The notes beneath the pieces were generated by a model. The model saw only the letters and a list, made by a program, of their open reading frames with translations, was not told the origin of the DNA and made no database searches. Below are positions 1 to 11,893 of a stretch of 64,000 nucleotides of DNA, piece after piece. Both the position numbers and the translations under genes were made by a program. The stretch covers positions 32,922,001 through 32,986,000 of the forward strand of contig NC_045138.2 of NCBI RefSeq assembly GCF_008831285.2. Direction: 5' to 3'. Within the stretch, counting starts at the first letter, position 1. Each line of letters opens with the position of its first letter. This DNA comes from Nymphaea colorata (taxonomy: Eukaryota).

Positions 1-816
1 ACCTTTTTAAAGAAAAATAATTAAATAGCTAGTCATGTCGCAGTGTGCACATGAGCTAGAAATAATCAAACATGGCAAAGTTGCAGATATTGGAACAAAG
101 TTATTTCTACAGCAATGGTGTGTACCAAACTATCAGAAACTGTGCATATGCAGGCCTTTCGGTTGCGGCCTCTACATATTCTTTTCTTTCTTGCCTGCTA
201 TGACCTCTTCCAGTTTCCAAGACAACCGAGCCTCCACCCACTTGCAACCTAAAACAAAAGCCTCTCTCTCTCTCTCTCTCTCTCTACAGTATTCACAGAT
301 CAAGTACAAATTTGTTGTCTCGTTGATCTCCAGTCTTCACAGATCACGTACAAGTTTGTTGGATCATCAGTTCTATTCCTCGCCTTCCTCTTTAAATGTC
401 GTCCTTGTTCACATGCAGAGTCGATTATTCTCTTCAGAAGTCTATCTTGATCAGTCCGTCAATTATTCTCTAGAATGTGTTCTTCTCTTTTCCCTTATGC
501 GACGCACTCTACCAATTTTCTTGGGCCATTGCTCTCTTTCCCTCCCTCTCTCTCACGCCTGTCCTAAGTAAGGACACCGATTTCAAGCCATCGTTCTTTC
601 TCTCTCTAGAAATATCAAAGTTCTTTGGTGGTTCGTCACATGGGTACATCATGATTTCTCAAGGCCAGAGAAAACCGATCGTGAGGACGGTTGGTTAGTG
701 TGGATTTCCTCGGAAGTTCTAATCGTCAAGCTTTCTCTCTCTAAAGGGGATAAAAGATTCAGTCTGAGGAATGGTCGTTTGGTGCGCATTGGGAGTCGCT
801 CGGCACTTTCACAACG

Positions 817-1782
817 ATGGGTTCCATGTTATCGTCTCCGAATTCCAACCCCTTGATCTCCATTTTCGTCTGCTTCCACTTACTGGTCCTCCTCTACGCT
901 CCCCACTTATTTCTCAGGCTACTTTTCTCGCCGGTTCTTATCTGCACCGGCGTCCTCTTGGCTGGAATTCTTCACCTGGGGGCGACCAAGAAGCAGAAAC
1001 AACTCGAATCGACGACCGCGAGGCAGAAGCAAATCGAATCGACGACCAAGAAGCAGGAACTACTCGAGTCGACGACCCAGAAGCAGAAGCAACTCGAATC
1101 TCCGAAGTCGGCCGTTGAGATCGAAGACAAGGAGTGCGAGAAAGAGGAGGCGCGGGAAGACAGGGAGTGCGAGAAAGAAGAGGCGCGAGAAGACAGGGAG
1201 TGCGAGAAAGAGGAGGCGCGGCAAGACAGGGAGTGCGAGAAAGAAGAGGCGCGGCAAGACAGGGAGTTCGAGAAAGAGGATGCGCCGGAAGAGAGGGAGT
1301 ACGAGAAAGAGGAAGAGCGGGAACCGGAGGTGGTTTACCAGCAAGAGAGGCGGTTCTCCGACATATTCGTGGAGTGGCACCGACGAGCCCCACTGGAGGT
1401 GATATACGAGGACTCCGAAGGAGAGAAGGATGAGGAGGCCGGAGATCGGCCAGAACGTCCCCCTGCGGCGAGAGAGCGGGTAGAGGCGTGCTCCCTGAGT
1501 CTTTGTTATCCGGACTCCGACTCCGACAGCTCGTCGGACGATGGCTTTCCGGTAATCGACGAGTGGGAACATCCGGAGAACCGATACTTCCGGTGGGAGG
1601 AGGAGAAGGACGACGGTCTGATCGAGATACCCATCTTCTTGGGCGGCGACAGGTGCCGGTCTGAGGGCAGGGGGCCGGGTTTCTTCCCTGCGGACGAGGA
1701 CAATCTCATCGAAATTGATCTGTTTCATCAGACGGTTGTCAAGCGACCGGACTTTCCGGCGAGGATTCAGGCGGCCACCTGA
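817..1782 (+). CDS. Uncharacterised plant protein (321 aa): N-terminal hydrophobic anchor, Glu/Lys-rich tandem repeats, acidic C-terminal motifs
   Basis: Intronless GC-rich ATG-TGA ORF. Two hydrophobic stretches at the N-terminus, then motifs APLEVIYED, DDGLIEI and EDNLIEIDL that resemble a family of uncharacterised angiosperm membrane-anchored proteins (from recall). Confidence 0.8.
   Translation: MGSMLSSPNSNPLISIFVCFHLLVLLYAPHLFLRLLFSPVLICTGVLLAGILHLGATKKQKQLESTTARQKQIESTTKKQELLESTTQKQKQLESPKSAVEIEDKECEKEEAREDRECEKEEAREDRECEKEEARQDRECEKEEARQDREFEKEDAPEEREYEKEEEREPEVVYQQERRFSDIFVEWHRRAPLEVIYEDSEGEKDEEAGDRPERPPAARERVEACSLSLCYPDSDSDSSSDDGFPVIDEWEHPENRYFRWEEEKDDGLIEIPIFLGGDRCRSEGRGPGFFPADEDNLIEIDLFHQTVVKRPDFPARIQAAT
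982..1320 (+). repeat. Two coding tandem arrays: 4 x 30 bp (TTKKQKQLES-like) and 6 x 33 bp (EDRECEKEEAR-like)
   Basis: Visible in DNA and translation: 30-bp units about 982-1101, 33-bp units 1123-1320. Confidence 0.9.
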
Positions 1783-4589
1783 TACCGGTTCCTGCCTCCA
1801 GAGGCTTAATTAATCGGAGACATCCTGTCACTAATTCGTCTTTATCTCATATTAGTGGCTGCTTTCATAACTTTCTTCTTCTAATTTTACTCTGGCGGAA
1901 AAAAAGCTGTTCTCAGAATCCACCACCGTCCTTGCTTGCTTTATTGTTGCAAATGGGCGAAATACAGAATCGATGTTTTTGGCATTTTCAATTGGTACCA
2001 GTTCCAATCTCAATATGACTTTCATGTACTTAGTTGATTCATAACCGTTCAATTTGCAAGATCTAGATCTTGTCGCCTCAACGGGAGATGTTTTTTTTTT
2101 ATTATTATCATGTAATCATACATATAACAATTGAGAAAGAAAATGTTCAAGAAAAATCATAATTTGGTTTAAAAGGGAGTGATCGTTTGAGTTTATGCTA
2201 ATAACAATTGTTGATTTTGATGGATCTTGCAATTGTTTTCCATAGCCAGTTTGGGGTTTTTCTTTTCCTCTTGGAATCTGATTTTCAATCAATTTAGCCA
2301 TTTTCATCCCCACAGGGCTTTCACATCAAGTGTTTGCAAGCTTGATTCATGCACAGACTTAGAAAGCCAATCCAGTGGCTGGTCATTGTCTGTCGTCGCT
2401 TGCTTGAACCAAACCATGCATTTCTTGAACAAACAACATTTTATATTTCTCTTCGACTGTCATCTAATGGTCTCCCCTTCTGGCTATGTATATATTGCGT
2501 GTTCAATGGATGCCAAAATTTTATATAAGTTTTTTTTATGAAAAAGTTGTTCTGTCTTTATAAGTAATCTGCTTTCATATGATGAACATCATAATGGTGT
2601 TGGTTCGCTTTTCCTTAAGAGGAAGGCAAAGGAGAAGTTCCAGCACTTTGTGGTGATGGAGTGAAATGTTTGAGCTTCTAACTAGCAACGCCCACAAGAT
2701 ACTCATTCCAACTGTGAAGCATTAGGATTTCTTACGTCTTTCGATCACAACTTTTTCTTTTTGGAGAGTCTTTGCTTCCACTCTAGTTGATGATTCTGTT
2801 GCCTTTCTTGGCTAGCAACACGGCTCACATTGGTTGTCGGATATTGTAACACCTCAGAAATTGGTCTTAGCCTTTTTGGAGTTGAAGCTGAAACTACTAA
2901 GGAACGGATTGGGATCTACGAAACCAAGTGTCTGAGCCTAGAAGTAAATCGAATTGTTATAGATATACCCAAGAAATAATTACAAGTCACTGCACAACAA
3001 ATGGGCGATCACCACACAATATTTGAAGCATAACAAATAGGTGCTTAACATTTTTTTTTTAAATTCTCAAATGGACGCCGCATCACACATAACAATATGT
3101 AACTATTTCATGAACATAACCCAAAGATTGAAATAGATTTATATAACATCTTAAAAAGTGTTTGATGTATTTGCTCCAACTTTTATTGTAGATTCACGGA
3201 ACAATGACGAATTGTTTCATTTGCTAAACATACATACCCTCAAAGTTTTTCATCGCCATCGAAATCACTACTAACTTGCGATCATATAACCCAAGATGTC
3301 TCTACATAAAGCAAGCAAAAATCTCCTACTTTTAAACACAATGCGGTTGCCCAAGTGATCAATGACCATGTGTTTGGTAGGTCAAAATTCTACAGCTACA
3401 GGATCGGCATGATTTGATACGAGTTAGGAAGAAGAAAAGAAAAGCAAATACATAACTGAAACAAAGGAGTAAGAGGAACTAGGGGAGATGAGAATTGTTC
3501 TCGCATCTAGAAGCTAGAATTTCCAAAATTATTAGAAGGGGATGGGCTACATTATATCTCAATCTCCCTATCTTTAGATGTCAGTTATCTCTTTCTCAAA
3601 CTATTGGTACAGGCCTGAGGACGGCGGGTTTAGATCATCCGGTGCCGAACCCAGATCCGAAAACTTTTTTGGCAAGCCAAAAGGCAAGAAACTCAACTTG
3701 TACAACTTTTTTGTTTTCTAAAAAGCAAACAAAAGATTCTCGGGTCCCAATTATCTGGTTTGCTTGTTCGGTGCATGCACGTCTCTCGATAAAAAAATGT
3801 TATTCCTGTTCGTTTTCCTGCTATTATATGCTTGATAATCTAAACTTTCACTTAGGTCTAAAAAGAAAAAAATTTACTTCCCAGATTCTTTTGCCTTAGT
3901 GAGAAATCTTCAAATGTTTATGTTAGAGAAGAAATAGGGTCGACATTAATCAAAATAAATAATCGAGTCAGTTTTGAGACCTGAATGAAGAATATCATGA
4001 ATTGTCCACAAATCCAAAAAAAAAAATGATGTTTTTTTCAGATTGATTTAAAAAAAGAGGTGGGCTCATTGAGATCTTAATAGGATAGAAAATTGCATGT
4101 ACGTAAAAAATATCTAGATCTAGGAAGGAGGGGACCCAAGGAAAGGCTAGTGAATCAGACTTGCCACATCCAAATCAGTTTGAAACATGGCTCATTAATG
4201 AAACATGATATTTTAAAAAAGAAAAGATGACTTGAGAAGAGCAACAGACTGCCAAGCAGTCCCTACCAAACACATGGATTGTTGCATTCAAGCCTCCCCC
4301 TAAATTATGTGCGCTTCATTTGTCACCATCTACTGCTGAAAAGCCAAATGCAAGCAAGTTTCTTCACAGACTTCAAAAAGATGCACACATATATATATAT
4401 ATATATGTGTGTCCTCTTTTACACTAAGTGGGGAGTAACACCTCTTGTCTCTTCTACTACTTTACTTATGGCTTTGTAATTTTAAGCATCGATTCATCTT
4501 TATGTCCAGTGATGATGAGAGCAATGAAAACCTTCAACACTTTTTTCCAAATTAATCGATAAGAAAAAAAAAACAAATTAAGGAAAGAA

Positions 4590-5090
4590 ACCATTATCTA
4601 TGGATGTAGATTGATCAGATTCGGATTAGATATCCAATTGGATTGCTTCAAAAGATTGGACATGAGAAAAAAAAACTAGTTAAAAACAATTGAGAAGTAA
4701 GATCGGATTCAGTTGAGTTTCAAATAAAAGATTGATCGGCTTCAGATCTGGAATTTTCTGGTGAAACCCATGTATCTAAATCAGGTCCGGTCCATACTTG
4801 GCCAAAGTGTGAACCTCTTGGTTTGAGTTGGGCGGAAGTCATGCTTGAAGGGAAATTAGGGGAACTGAAAATCTGGTTAACTGAATTTGAACCAGGTACA
4901 GATTCAAGGGGATACTGATCCGTACCCGGATAACCGAGATCTGACATGGGCTACCGAGGTCCGAACCTGAGCTAACGGGTCGGACCCAGACACAAACCGG
5001 ATGTGAATCTCGACAGTTTATTATATCCAAGCTGTTTGGGTTAGCTAGCTCCTGGTGTGATGGATCACAACCCAGACTCGACCCGATTTA
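4590..5090. repeat. Degenerate non-autonomous DNA-transposon-like sequence rich in CCGA/ACCCG/GGATC motifs
   Basis: Dense GGATTCGG/ACCCGGAT/CCGAACC/GACCCG motifs typical of subterminal repeats of plant non-autonomous elements. Similar patches lie near 30000-30600, 49720-49890 and 63110-63370. No termini resolved. Confidence 0.4.
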
Positions 5091-6642
5091 CTAATTTGTG
5101 CTAGGCCCCCTATCTTCATCGTCCAGGGTTCTCCTCTCTCTCTCTGTGACTCCTCCCGCCTCTTCGTCGGCCCTTCTTCCTCAAAGGTATGGCGGCAAAC
5201 CTCAATCTTCCTTCGTCAGCTTTCTTATTAAGGATATTGACGCGTTTTCTTACCTTCACTTTCGGTTGGGTTCTTTGTAGGGTTTTAGGGGTTTTAACAG
5301 GCGAGATTTAGCATTTCAGTTGACTTCTTAGTTCCTGAACTTGGCTAAATGCGATTTTCTGTTTTTATTTCTGTTTTTAATGTCAATGCTTTCCCTGCTT
5401 TTTCTGGTTTTGTTCCTTCTTTCCCTGGTTTCATTTGTGGTTCCTCTTTTCTCGTAATGCTTAACGTTGGAATTATTGGCCACAGCAGCACTTTTTGGTA
5501 GTTGTAGATAGAGCCTGCTGTGCATCTTCGGTCGAACAACCAGTTTTGTGCTGCAATTTTGTCCCGTGAGAACAGGGTCATGTTTGAAGTCGTTGCTTTT
5601 GTGTCCTTTTGTATATTGCAGATCGTTGCAACTGAATTTCTTGGAGTTCTGGGTTTCTCAGAGATTCTGGAGACCTGGTGGGGATCGATAATTTTAGCTC
5701 CCCGGTTCTATGGTTACGAAAAGTAGTTTGATCATTTGATGTGCTTGTGATTTGTCCATCCATTTTTCAGCTTTTCTTGTGTTGATGAAGAGGCAGTCTG
5801 ATTTTTGTTTACTTTGGGAGGCTGTGAGCTAATATAAAAGTTCTAAGCTAATGAGAAATGTGATACTCCGTGATGAAGTTTTAGTAGAAAGTCTAAAATG
5901 CAATTTTAGCATCGCAAGATGTGAACTCAGAAAGTCGAAAGCCTACAAGTTATATCTCGAAAGGAGCAGCACAAAAGGTGGAGCATCCTTTTCTGCCTTG
6001 GATCAACTCAATTATAAGTTGACCTGCCAGTGTCCATTAGGAATTTAGGATCATTTCTGACTTGGTTGGTGTCTGCATATCTTCTTCACTCCATTTGTTT
6101 TTTATGGTCTGAAGCATCCAAGTAAGTGAATCCAATTATAAGCTGGACCACTCAGCCATGAAGGAAACACCGGGAGCCACTACATGCTTCCTTCTTGATA
6201 AAAGCTCAAACAAATTTAGTGACTTACGTCTGTGAAATATTATTTGCATCTTTAATGATAATTAGATGGATAAACTGAATGCTAATAAATGTTCCATTAT
6301 GTTAAGGTTGATTGTTGAAGTTTTAAGAGTTAGGGTTGAAAATCACTTGTGCGTACCTTTAACTTGAAACACAAGCACCCGAAATTTTCTCTCCTTTACT
6401 GGCCTATTTATGATTTGTTTTCTCCTTTTTTTTGCAGAAATTTTCAGGCGGCCAGCTGAATGTGATTTCCCTACATGTAACATGCTCGTTGGGGCATGTT
6501 GTCGTATGAATTCTGCTCTCCAACAGCTACTTTACTATTCAGTCACTATCTAGTGAACTCCATCTAATAGCTCCCTATAGTAACATGTTTTTTAATAGAG
6601 CGGAAACTTGATCTGGCTCGTCTCCTTTGAGTCTTCACAAGA

Positions 6643-9263
6643 ATGTCTTTTTCTATTCTTTCTTGTCCGAGTGCAAACCCTGTGAATGTGCCCAGCATTG
6701 GTACCCGTCATAATAAACCATCTGCGTGGAGAGGATCCTTTGGGAGGAGATGGGTCATAAATAATAGGATTCAAAAGCTAAACTGCCTTGAAGGTCAGGG
6801 GTTGTCCTTTGGTTCTTCCTTGCTCTCGTCCTACTCACTGTTTTCCTTCCACAGGAAGGGTAAACTTGTCACCCATGCCACAGATGAGGAAAATAGCTTG
6901 GCAGATTATGTAGATGAGGCTGAGAAAGAAGCAAGAAAGACAAGTACGCTTCCAGATAGATTCAGGAACTTAACTAAGGAAGCCCCTGATCGTCCTGTTA
7001 GATGGCCTTGGTTGATCGGTATGTTCTATCCAAATTGAACCCATTCAAGCATCATTTCTAAGAATTACATGTGTGTTGTTCCCCTTGAAAAATAACTGCA
7101 GTGACCTCTGATATGCTAGTGAGCATCTAGCATGTGCCTGTACAGAAACAGTTGCAAAATAAATGTAGCTTTTGCACCATGGTTTTATGTAGTGAGGATT
7201 CCAGTGTAACTGAATTTTCTTAATATTTTATGTGATTGCATGAAATTCGATTGCATGAAATTCACGGTGTGCTATGGTGCTATCAGCTAAAAACATGATT
7301 CTCATTTGTAAGCTTATTAGTTTTGTTCTTGTCAGTTTGTTGAATGAAAAGTAACTGGAAGCGGAGCTTATTTTCTATTTCTTGTCAGCTTATTTTGGCT
7401 CTTTAAAGTACAAAAATTTCCATGGATTGGCTGCATGTTACTTGGCTGTAATAGTACCATTTGACATGTTAGACTTGCTTTCGAGGGGTTGATCTCTGCC
7501 TACCTTCTGCCACATCTCTTCAGCAATCCCCGTTCTACTACATTCCAACCATTTTCCTGCCAGAACGTTTCTACACTAGTACATCTTTTTTTTTAAGCTG
7601 AAACATGCCCTGACCTACATTATTGGATTGAGAGAAGAAAAGATCCATCTAGAAAACTATTATGATCATCCTTTCCTGAGAGGAAATTCGTGTTACCTTT
7701 ATTTAGTGAAAACATAAGTACTCGATAAAAGTAAATGTTGATGCATTTGAGGACTACTCTTTCTCTCTCTCTCCCTCTCTCTCTCTCTCCACCCACATTA
7801 TGCCACATCCATTAATCCACCCCCTTTTACTACCTTGTCCAACCATTTTCCTGCCAGAATGTTTCTGGATTAGTACAGCTTTTGATCGTTTTATTGCTGA
7901 AAAATGGCATGAAAGAATTCTTTATTTGGTTTTGAAAAAGGAAAGTTGGGCTAGGAAGCTGTTCATTACCACCGCCCTTTCCTGAGACCACATTCATGTT
8001 TGGCCTTCATAGAATGGTAAATATTGACGTATGCACAACTCTCTTTCTGTTTCACATGCACACATATACTCTGACACATACCCACAAACACATACTTGCA
8101 AACCCCCTCCTTGCACACACACACACACACACACAATCACATTAATGAGCGTTATGTTCTACTATTGAGTTTCATATCAACAGGATAGTTAAAATAATGC
8201 CAACAACTATGCGTGGTTTACAATGCTAAGGGTCATTATCTCATATTACATATAATTATTCGACTTGTGTTGCCATTCCATACTGGTTTTTAATTATTTT
8301 CCACCAATTTTTCTGTAACGTATGTAATTGTGCCATGTCCCTTTTGCCCCAATATATTGCCCGAATTAGAACGTTGTCAATGTCAGTCTGATATCTTTCA
8401 CGTAATTAATTGGCATCAGTTGTGGAGTTTTATTGGAGACCAAATGACAAGAGTTGGGCGTGTGATCTTTGCTAATTATAATTGTTTTCGATACTTGATT
8501 TCTTTTGAAGTGAGATCTATTCCTGTTCATGGTCCAAAATAACCTCTGTGTATCTTGCTTATCTACAGCGGTCGTATTTCTTCTTTATGCTTGGCGAACT
8601 GTTCTCTGGGAACTTGCAAACTGGAAGAAGCTTGTGCTGATCATACCTCAGTTTTTGAAATATCTTTCCAAGTTATTATTGGCTTTCATATTCCATTTCG
8701 CCGGTGACCTGATCACTGGTATTATCTGGCTAGTTGAGACTGTCCTATACACTCTTCGATCATTCTACTTCAGTATAGTAGCTGCTGCTCCAGTACAGGA
8801 GCTGACCATTGTCATTTTATTAACATCATCAGTACTTGCTATTGCGGAAGCTGTAGTTCCAGAGTCCGTCAGTGGCCAGCCTTATCTTCTAACATTTGCT
8901 GGTTTTGTTGGTTTTGGAGCTGTTAAGGGATTTCTTCCAGAGGTGATATTTTGGTTGCTTTTGGTGGGCATGTTCTGTTTTTCACGCTTTGTTGGTAAGA
9001 GAGATCTTGTCTCTGCAACCTTGCCAGTAGCATCATTGTTGGTTGCCATTGGTCAGCCTTGGGTCAGGGCACTTGTAATGCTTTCCTACACGGCTCTTGC
9101 TATTACTCAGCATTCCAGGTCAGTCCGCGGCAAAGATGGTGTTGAAGATCTTCCTGCCATTGGAAGGCAGCCAATCCCATTGCTTATTGCAGCTTTGGCT
9201 ATTGGGGTACATATAGCAGCAAAATGGATCCGTTACAGGCACTTGACTTGGATGATAGCCTAA
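6643..9263 (+). CDS. Probable plastid-targeted multi-pass membrane protein, about 356 aa, 2 coding exons
   Basis: Exons 6643-7018 (ends ATCG|GTATG) and 8569-9263 (CTACAG|CG) join in frame (..RWPWLI-A-VVFLLYAWR..). Ser/Arg-rich transit-peptide-like N-terminus, several TM helices, C-terminal KWIRYRHLTWMIA. A likely non-coding first exon lies at about 5100-5186 (donor AAG|GTATGG). Confidence 0.85.
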
Positions 9264-9999
9264 TGGCTGATAGCTTTGGATTGTGGAGCAGGTTCCTGTG
9301 CTTGAATGGTCAATGTTCTTAGTTTGGAAGCCTTGGTCACAGCTGTAGTGTGTTGAGGATTGCATATGGAATTGTCTGTAGTTCGTGCCATGGTTGAGGC
9401 GATGTCTACTTGTATATTTTGAGAACTTTTTGCTTTTTTCATGCTGATGTCTGTAGCTAGGCATTTGAAAATTTATCTTCCTTTTCGTTTTCTAATGCCA
9501 GAACATTAATTGGTAGAGTTCTGCGCTTCACACCGAGCCTATACGATCCCTGGAGTGCACTTTCCTAGGTTCCTAGGTGCTGTGAGTTGTAGAGTTCAAG
9601 TCAACCCTGCGTTGGCTCGTGTGGTGGTGGGCAATTCGAACATTGTAGCCACAAACATGAGGTAGAATCGGAGAGAAACAGTCTTTCTTATATGAATACT
9701 GCATTGTTATTTGTTATATAGAATCAAGAATTTCGCCTTCGGAAATCGAAAAGGGAAATTAGGATTTTCTGTAACCACGCTTTTCTGCCAAACCCGCCCG
9801 ACTGATGGGGGTCAAATTTGCGTCTCTAATCTGATGAAGTCGTGGAATGCCAATGTGTGATCCAACGATTTAAAAAACACAGGTGTCGGACTCAGACTGG
9901 ATGCTCTGGATACAACCCAGTAGTGTCGATCGCATCGATAAGTGTTCCCCCATGTTCTCTTCTATGATCTATCCAAGAGTTAGCGAGTGGGATTTAGGG

Positions 10000-10215
10000 C
10001 GTTCGAGATGGAATTCAAGCTGAACTCAACTCGGCTCCGGAGTGTCTTGAAAGAAGCTCCAACTCTTTTAATAAATGTATTATATATATATATATATTTT
10101 GAGCTTGACTGAGATTAACTGAGTTAAGCTCACTTTACTCGGTCTCGACTCGTTTACATTGTCGAGTTCATTTCTTAACTCGAGCCAAGTTTATCGAGTA
10201 GCTCGGCTTGTTGAC
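10000..10215. repeat. MITE-like relic with CTCGA/GAGCT motifs around a (TA)n tract
   Basis: Repeated CTCGGCTC/CTCGACTCG/CTCGAGCC motifs flanking a TA run, a common pattern in plant non-autonomous elements. Confidence 0.4.
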
Positions 10216-10609
10216 TTTTTTCTGGAGAAAAAGCCTTTACCCCGGCAGCGAAACCATGAAAGAAAGATGAATTGGCGCCAAAATACTGGAAGGATATATT
10301 CTCCATTATCTCTGGTTGCCAAGGAAAACCAACATTAGAAGTTACATTTCTGTTGAATCATTGGGTTGCAGCGACGTCTATATTTTGTCCTTTTTATGCG
10401 AAGGATCCGATTTGCGAGACCTGAAGTCGTCTTTGCTCTTCACTGTAGTAATTCGGTTCGCCCCTTATATTAGCTGCGAAGTTTCGCGGTTCAGCTGATC
10501 TTGTACCTCATCTACCATGGCTGAAAGCCTGAACCATGCCAAAGCTGCATCAACAGCCGTTTTGATTTTCCTATGTCGATCCCTTTTGTGCGGCCGTATA
10601 GGTGCAGTT

Positions 10610-10687
10610 GGCAATGATCTGAACTTAGCCGCGCTTCTGAGTGCAAAGTGTGAAGCATACTAATGGTTGAATTTCTGAATATGAGCC
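10610..10687 (+). ncRNA. U36a: Box C/D snoRNA, plant U36a-like (guides 2'-O-methylation of 25S rRNA)
   Basis: Terminal stem GGC(10610)...GCC(10687); C-like box ATGATCT 10614-10620; D' CTGA 10637-10640 preceded by CCGCGCTT; D-like ATGA 10681-10684 preceded by TGGTTGAATTTCT (10664-10676). Both guides are antisense to the conserved LSU rRNA stretch GAAGAAAUUCAACCAAGCGCGG. The D+5 rule gives an A and a G 16 nt apart, matching the U36a target pair as I recall it. Confidence 0.8.
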
Positions 10688-10904
10688 TACTTGTACACCA
10701 ATGTTATGCCTTTTCCGCCTTCGACGTTTATTTGGAGGCAGTTCGTCTTAACTCCTGTTGGTAGATATTTTGTTATGTTCAGTTGAGTTTGTCGATCCAT
10801 TTGGTTATGTTTACATGGTATTGCCATTGGTTCCTCTTTTTGCCCTAGCAATGCTGAAAAATCTCCTGCTCTGCCAGTGTCAGGCATCTTAGTTGCGTGT
10901 TTTA

Positions 10905-11029
10905 CCACATCAAGTGTTATTTGTGCGAGTGACTTACTGACATTTGCTTTCGTCAGTCAAGATAATTTGGCAGCTCCTTATGCCATTTCTGCTTCAGAAA
11001 ATTCATGATCGATGAGCTGATCAACAAAT
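10905..11029 (+). ncRNA. Candidate box H/ACA snoRNA
   Basis: 5' hairpin (ACTGAC...GTCAGT), possible H box AGATAA 10960-10965, 3' hairpin closed by CAGCTC/GAGCTG with inner TTTCTG/CAGAAA stem, and ACA at 11024-11026. It lies about 220 bp downstream of the U36a-like snoRNA. Confidence 0.4.
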
Positions 11030-11838
11030 TTGAGACACATGCAGTTTAAATTCATTCGGCTGCTTTTGTTTGGATCCAAAAAATCATATACTGTTTTTTA
11101 AGTTTACTCTCTTATATCCATGCAATTTTAACCAAGTTTAATCGCTGCTTAGTGGACCGTGAAAATTTAGAAGGGCAATTGCATTGACTCATCAGTCTTC
11201 TTATCACTTCATTCTGCTTGGGTTTTCTGTTGATGACGTAGTCTTTGTTTGTTTTCTGTCTCTGCATGCTTCCAGGTCCCTGAGTATAAGTCTGGCAAGC
11301 TTTTGATTTTGTTGGGTGACCTGCAAGATCAACGCTCCATGTTTCTTTTTGGTTTGTCTTCGTGTTACTGATAGATGCCTCGAAGATTCCTCTCTCCCTC
11401 CTTGGGATTGTGCTCCTATGAAATCTTATGTTGGATATGAAATTTGTTTATGGTTGTCATGTATACGTTGGTCTGAGAAGAGGAAAGCGGCTGGTGATGA
11501 TTGATCCACTTTTGAGGTTCAGTGGTTCCAAGACCTTGTTAACAAGGAGAACCAACTTGTAGTAGCCACTGCTTCCTGTGGTAAAGCTTGGATCCATATG
11601 CCATTTCTTTGACATATCATATCGTTTGTTTTCTGTAACCCTTCCCCTTTTGCAGATTTATAGTTGTAACATGTACTTGTTCTATATCCTCCATTTAGTC
11701 AGTTGGGTGGTTGTGTTTTCTACCTCTGTAGGTTCTTGTGCTGGTACATGCTTGTAACTGGTTCATGGTTATGGTCAAACTCATTTAGGTTTAATGGGTA
11801 TCGTGTTTTTTTAATGTTATGCTGAAGTTTCATCTGTT

Positions 11839-11840
<2 letters not shown>

Positions 11841-11890
<50 letters not shown>
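11841..11890. repeat. (AT)n microsatellite
   Basis: About 25 AT units. Similar tracts lie near 28720-28758 and 39302-39343. Confidence 0.95.

Positions 11891-11893
<3 letters not shown>

Noticed and set aside
938..1728. Overlapping antisense and alternate-frame ORFs over gene 1
   Set aside because: Shadows of a GC-rich repetitive CDS with no independent coding features.
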